Assembly (NCBI GenBank): GCA_000708835.1
Contig: DF237244.1
Span: 45,412 to 109,411 of the forward strand
DNA length: 64,000 bases
Source: Klebsormidium nitens
Taxonomy: Eukaryota; Plantae; Klebsormidiophyceae
Reading direction: 5' to 3'
Made by a program: the position numbers and the translations under genes. Under the pieces are notes generated by a model that saw only the letters and a list, made by a program, of their open reading frames with translations, did no database searches and was not told the origin of the DNA. Below are positions 60,174 through 64,000 of the stretch, in pieces; positions within the stretch are counted from its first letter, which is position 1, and each line of letters starts with the position of its first letter.

Positions 60174-61988
60174 ATGGCGTCCCCTTGCTCCCGCTTCTGG
60201 GTCCTCTTCTCCTTCACAGTCAGCTTCTTCCTTCTGTTCCCTGCGGTTCTCTTCTGGGGCGACAAAGTCAGCGACCACTTTCTGTCAGTCACCTCCTTTC
60301 CTGCTCTAGGGGGGGTACAAATCATGATGGAGGAGCCCAGCAAGCCTTGCCCCCCTGTTGCAAATGTGACGGCGGCTCCAGCCCTTGGGGGGGCAAAGTT
60401 AATGGGAGAGAAGCCCTGCGAACCCTGCCCCCCTATTCCAAATGTGGCCGCTCCAGCGGTTCCCTTCAGTTGCACCTTTGCAACTGGTCGGGAAAGAAAG
60501 TGGACAACGGAGCAGCTCGACGCCTGTCCTGCTGTGCAGGCGCTCCTCCGGGCCTGGAACAGCTCGCGATTCTTCGACGGCGGGGTCGGCACGGGAAGTC
60601 GAGCGCAGACGGCGGAGAAGGGGCCACCGTTGCCCCCACATTTGGTAGACTGTGACCGGGTATCTCGAGAGGAGCTAAGCCAAGACAGCAGGCTGTCGGA
60701 CGGGGGCCTTCCTGACTGGGCAGACCAAAAAGGGTTTGCGGGACACCCGGTTCCTGACCCGTTTTGGGTTAGGGGCGCCGACGCGGACAACATCCCCCTA
60801 ACCAGACACGTTCAACAAGACCTGTGGCTGCGACAGCATCCGCAAGACTGCAACGCGTCGGACGTCCGCTTTCTGGTGGCGGAATGGGCGGACACGTCGA
60901 CCCATGGATTAGGGTCCCAGTTACACGTGCTAACCGGGGGGTTTGCGTTGGCGGTCATGACGGGCCGAGTGCTCGTGGTCGACAACAGATTTGAGCGGGC
61001 AATGCACGAGGGGTGTGCGGGTGAAAGCAAGGGGACGCTGGACTGCTATGTTTTGCCGGCGACATCGAAGGAGTGCGCGGCGCTTGCGCTTGCGGGTAAG
61101 CGGCACGGGGCAGGATCCACTGCAGATCTCATCGCAGCGGCGCAAGGATCGGAAGAGCGGGTGGTTTTGCTCCCTGAATATGCATCAATGGATCACACGG
61201 TTATGGACATAGTGCCCGACTTGTGGGGGGAGCCTTGGAAGCTGGAACGGGGTTCGATCGAGTTTGAGGGGAAGATAGTGGACGAAACAGTTGGCCCATT
61301 TGACTACGCGGCAAAAGTGTTTGGCCCCATGAATTGGTGGAGGGCGCAGGCGACGCGGTATCTGCTCAGGGCTCCGAGCGCGTACCTGTGCAGACTGATG
61401 AACGGCGCGAGGCACGATGCGTTTGGGGTGGAGGTCGCGGCAGGGCTGGCGGAGAGCGTGCGCTTTCAGGGCGAGCATGCGCTAGAAGGGGGTGGGGTCC
61501 GCGTGGCTTATGGAGCGTTGGAGCAGGTGTTGTGGAAGGATGACGTGTTTATGCCGCGGCCCTACATAAACGTGCATGTGCGGCACGCTTATGAGAAGAG
61601 CGGCGAGATGCGGATTGTGGACTTGCCTTTCTTTATGGAGCAAGCGGAGAGGATTCGGCAGCATAACCCAGCGGTGCGGACGATCTGGTTGAGTACTGAG
61701 TCTCAAGATATATTAGATCAGGCGATAAGCAAGTATATGCCTCACTGGAGTTTGTACTATACGAAGGCAGAGCGGATCCATTCTAATGAAAAGGATCCCT
61801 GGAATACGCACACGCCGGCCAAAGCGGGGTCGGACCTGGCGTTTGTCAATTTGTTTTTGGCCGCGGATGCTGATTACTTTGTAGGTGTGTTGGGATCGAA
61901 CTGGAACCGATTGATTGACGAGTTGAGAAAGACTAACGGAAAGCGGAAAGCCGGGTACATTGCTTTGAACTACGAACAGGTAAAGTAG
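60174..61988 (+). CDS. Intronless type II membrane fucosyltransferase-like protein (plant 'alpha-1,6-fucosyltransferase'/GT23-like, 604 aa)
   Basis: N-terminal TM (FWVLFSFTVSFFLLFPAVLFW), QHPQDC, GLGSQLH, TGRVLV, NWWRAQATRYLLR, INVHVRHAYEK, IWLSTE, ADYFVGVLGSNWNRLIDELR. Confidence 0.88.
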   Translation: MASPCSRFWVLFSFTVSFFLLFPAVLFWGDKVSDHFLSVTSFPALGGVQIMMEEPSKPCPPVANVTAAPALGGAKLMGEKPCEPCPPIPNVAAPAVPFSCTFATGRERKWTTEQLDACPAVQALLRAWNSSRFFDGGVGTGSRAQTAEKGPPLPPHLVDCDRVSREELSQDSRLSDGGLPDWADQKGFAGHPVPDPFWVRGADADNIPLTRHVQQDLWLRQHPQDCNASDVRFLVAEWADTSTHGLGSQLHVLTGGFALAVMTGRVLVVDNRFERAMHEGCAGESKGTLDCYVLPATSKECAALALAGKRHGAGSTADLIAAAQGSEERVVLLPEYASMDHTVMDIVPDLWGEPWKLERGSIEFEGKIVDETVGPFDYAAKVFGPMNWWRAQATRYLLRAPSAYLCRLMNGARHDAFGVEVAAGLAESVRFQGEHALEGGGVRVAYGALEQVLWKDDVFMPRPYINVHVRHAYEKSGEMRIVDLPFFMEQAERIRQHNPAVRTIWLSTESQDILDQAISKYMPHWSLYYTKAERIHSNEKDPWNTHTPAKAGSDLAFVNLFLAADADYFVGVLGSNWNRLIDELRKTNGKRKAGYIALNYEQVK

Positions 61989-64000
61989 ATGAACCATTCA
62001 ATACTTGCACTGCAATTCAACAAGATCTTTTAAAGACGACTTTGCCAAGCCGATCAACCAGAATCCTCTTATGCAATTATCGAAGTAAGTGCGTACGCCA
62101 TCGTCTATGGTAGGTATATGCAAATGGCAAGTTGCATTGAGACTTGGACCAAACGTCGTTGGGGTTTGGCGCCTTATAAGCCGCGCCTCTTTCCATGCTC
62201 GTTAGCTAAATCCAGCTTTCGGAGCTCATCTGCAGTCATCCAGGCCCTCCTGCCATCTGGCCGCTGGCGCCCAGCATTGAAATTCACCATGTAGTAGATG
62301 GTAGCTTGAAAGCCGTCAAATATATTCTCTACGATCAAAATTTCAACTATCTTAGTATTGATATGAGCTTGCAGCTCAATGAATGGTCGAAACATCTTGA
62401 CAAGATGAAAGCCAAGTTTGCAGAAGCTAACTCGAGGATCTACTGTTGTCGAGCCAGCGGCGAAGGCGCAGTGAAGCTGCTCAACCAGGACGCCTTTCCT
62501 AAACTATATAACTGTCGTACTCTTTTGGACCTGTGGCCTATTCCAACACTTTTCGTGCAAGCGTCCAAAAGGATGCCTGCAAAACCGTCCAACATAAAGG
62601 GTGTCTTCAATCCACTTTCCCTTACGGCTGCATCATGATCCCTAAGAATCTTGTAGAATCTGGTTCTGGCCCTCAGCGGCTGCAAAGTGTTTTCGTGCAA
62701 GAAGAACTTCATGGCAAAAAACTTCAAGCAGAACAAAAAAAGAGAAGTTGAAGAAAAATGATCACCGGAATCCTACAGTAGCCTATTTTCTGGAATACCG
62801 GGCTGGCATCTGGTCACGAGCTTCGAGATTTGTCTCGTCCTCCAAACGCCACCCTTTAAGCTCAAGCGCTTCCTTTTCGAAACACTAACGAACTCCTTGC
62901 CCACAATCATTCAACAGTACAACCTAGACAAAGTTCGATTTCCAGCCTCAGTGTATCCAGACAAGTGCAAGTGTTGCTCTCAACAAACGGATGAGACCAT
63001 CTTCCACGCTCTCTGCAGTGAATGCGGCGCTGGTACTGCATGGCAGAGGCCCGAGACGAGGGTTTCAGAACTATGAGCAAGCACCAATGAACGATAAAGT
63101 AGCCAATCTTCGAAGTAAAGGAGAAGCGCTGCAGCATTTCTTTTGCCAAAAGCCGTCGACCTATCAACGGGGTCTTATTCTATTAGGCGTTATCCAGTTC
63201 CTTCAAATAGCTGCCAACCAGGACTCACCCGTCATTGACCTGGAATGCTGGAAGCACTGTGTAAAAGCGTTCAGTCCGAATTGCTGCTAGCTTTTTCAAG
63301 CATCTGGAAAGACAGAAACAGATCGCTAAACGTCGACGGAGAAACGGATGGTCATTCAGGTCATTCAACACTAGTAGTAGGACGAAAGTGATCTACCAAC
63401 AAAACCGCCGTCGGTTCCATGATGCTAATTTTGCAGGTTCATAGAGCATCCGACAGGAGCATCACTGAGCGGCAAACCAGTGAAACCAGCTGCTCCGAAC
63501 CAGCTGCGCAGGAGCAGAAACGAGAAACTAAGGCTTGCAGGATTCTGCAGCACTCTCCGCCGCCGCCATTGGGCCAGGGGGTGAGGGGGTTCCCTCAAGT
63601 TCGCAGATCTATACTGTATCATGGACCAGGTTAGTTGGGGATGCGGTTACGCAGACGGTCGAGGACCGGGCCGGATAGGTAATCACATTTCCATTAACCG
63701 CCATCTGGCCGCTGACGAAGTGACTGTACGGGACAATTGGGGTTACGCTGGCGGGATCGATGGTCAGCGGCTAACCCGACCGTTGAGGACCGGGGCCTCT
63801 TTTCCCTAGCACGGGCGCATGGAAACCTCGGTTATGGGGGGCCGAGTTATGTAGATGTGTGGTTACTTGTGAACCTATTATCGTATCCTCTTAACCTTGC
63901 AAAAATGTTGCTGCATGAGGAGCCTCGTTGCACTAGACACTCTCCTCAGCCTGCTCAGGATTATAACAATAAAACTTATAAAGCCATTTGCAAGGTTAAG

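Overview
Eukaryotic nuclear DNA, not prokaryotic: intron-rich (GT-AG, in-phase junctions), GC-rich coding, plant-like proteins. Gene content and degenerate CCCTAAAA (TTTTAGGG-type) tracts suggest a streptophyte green alga such as Klebsormidium (inference). Genes reconstructed by eye, in order: exocyst SEC15 (5' part), a secreted dienelactone-hydrolase-family protein, an intronless F-box/LRR protein, prohibitin, cytidine deaminase, a long coiled-coil protein, an uncharacterised 5+ exon gene, a small TM protein, two tandem copies of an unknown exon pair, a ~1,850 aa TOPORS-like RING protein, an unknown helical protein, and two head-to-head GT23/FUT8-like fucosyltransferases. There is also a tRNA-derived element beside a 169-N gap. 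Most notable: an F-box protein whose ~13 24-aa NLR-type LRRs all carry Trp at one position; tandem 'decoy' copies of splice acceptor plus exon start inside introns of two unrelated genes; the fucosyltransferase pair, one with an altered donor-binding motif; and the duplicated unknown exon pair. No CRISPR array or intact transposase was found. All exon models are manual and need RNA-seq confirmation; no database searches were run.
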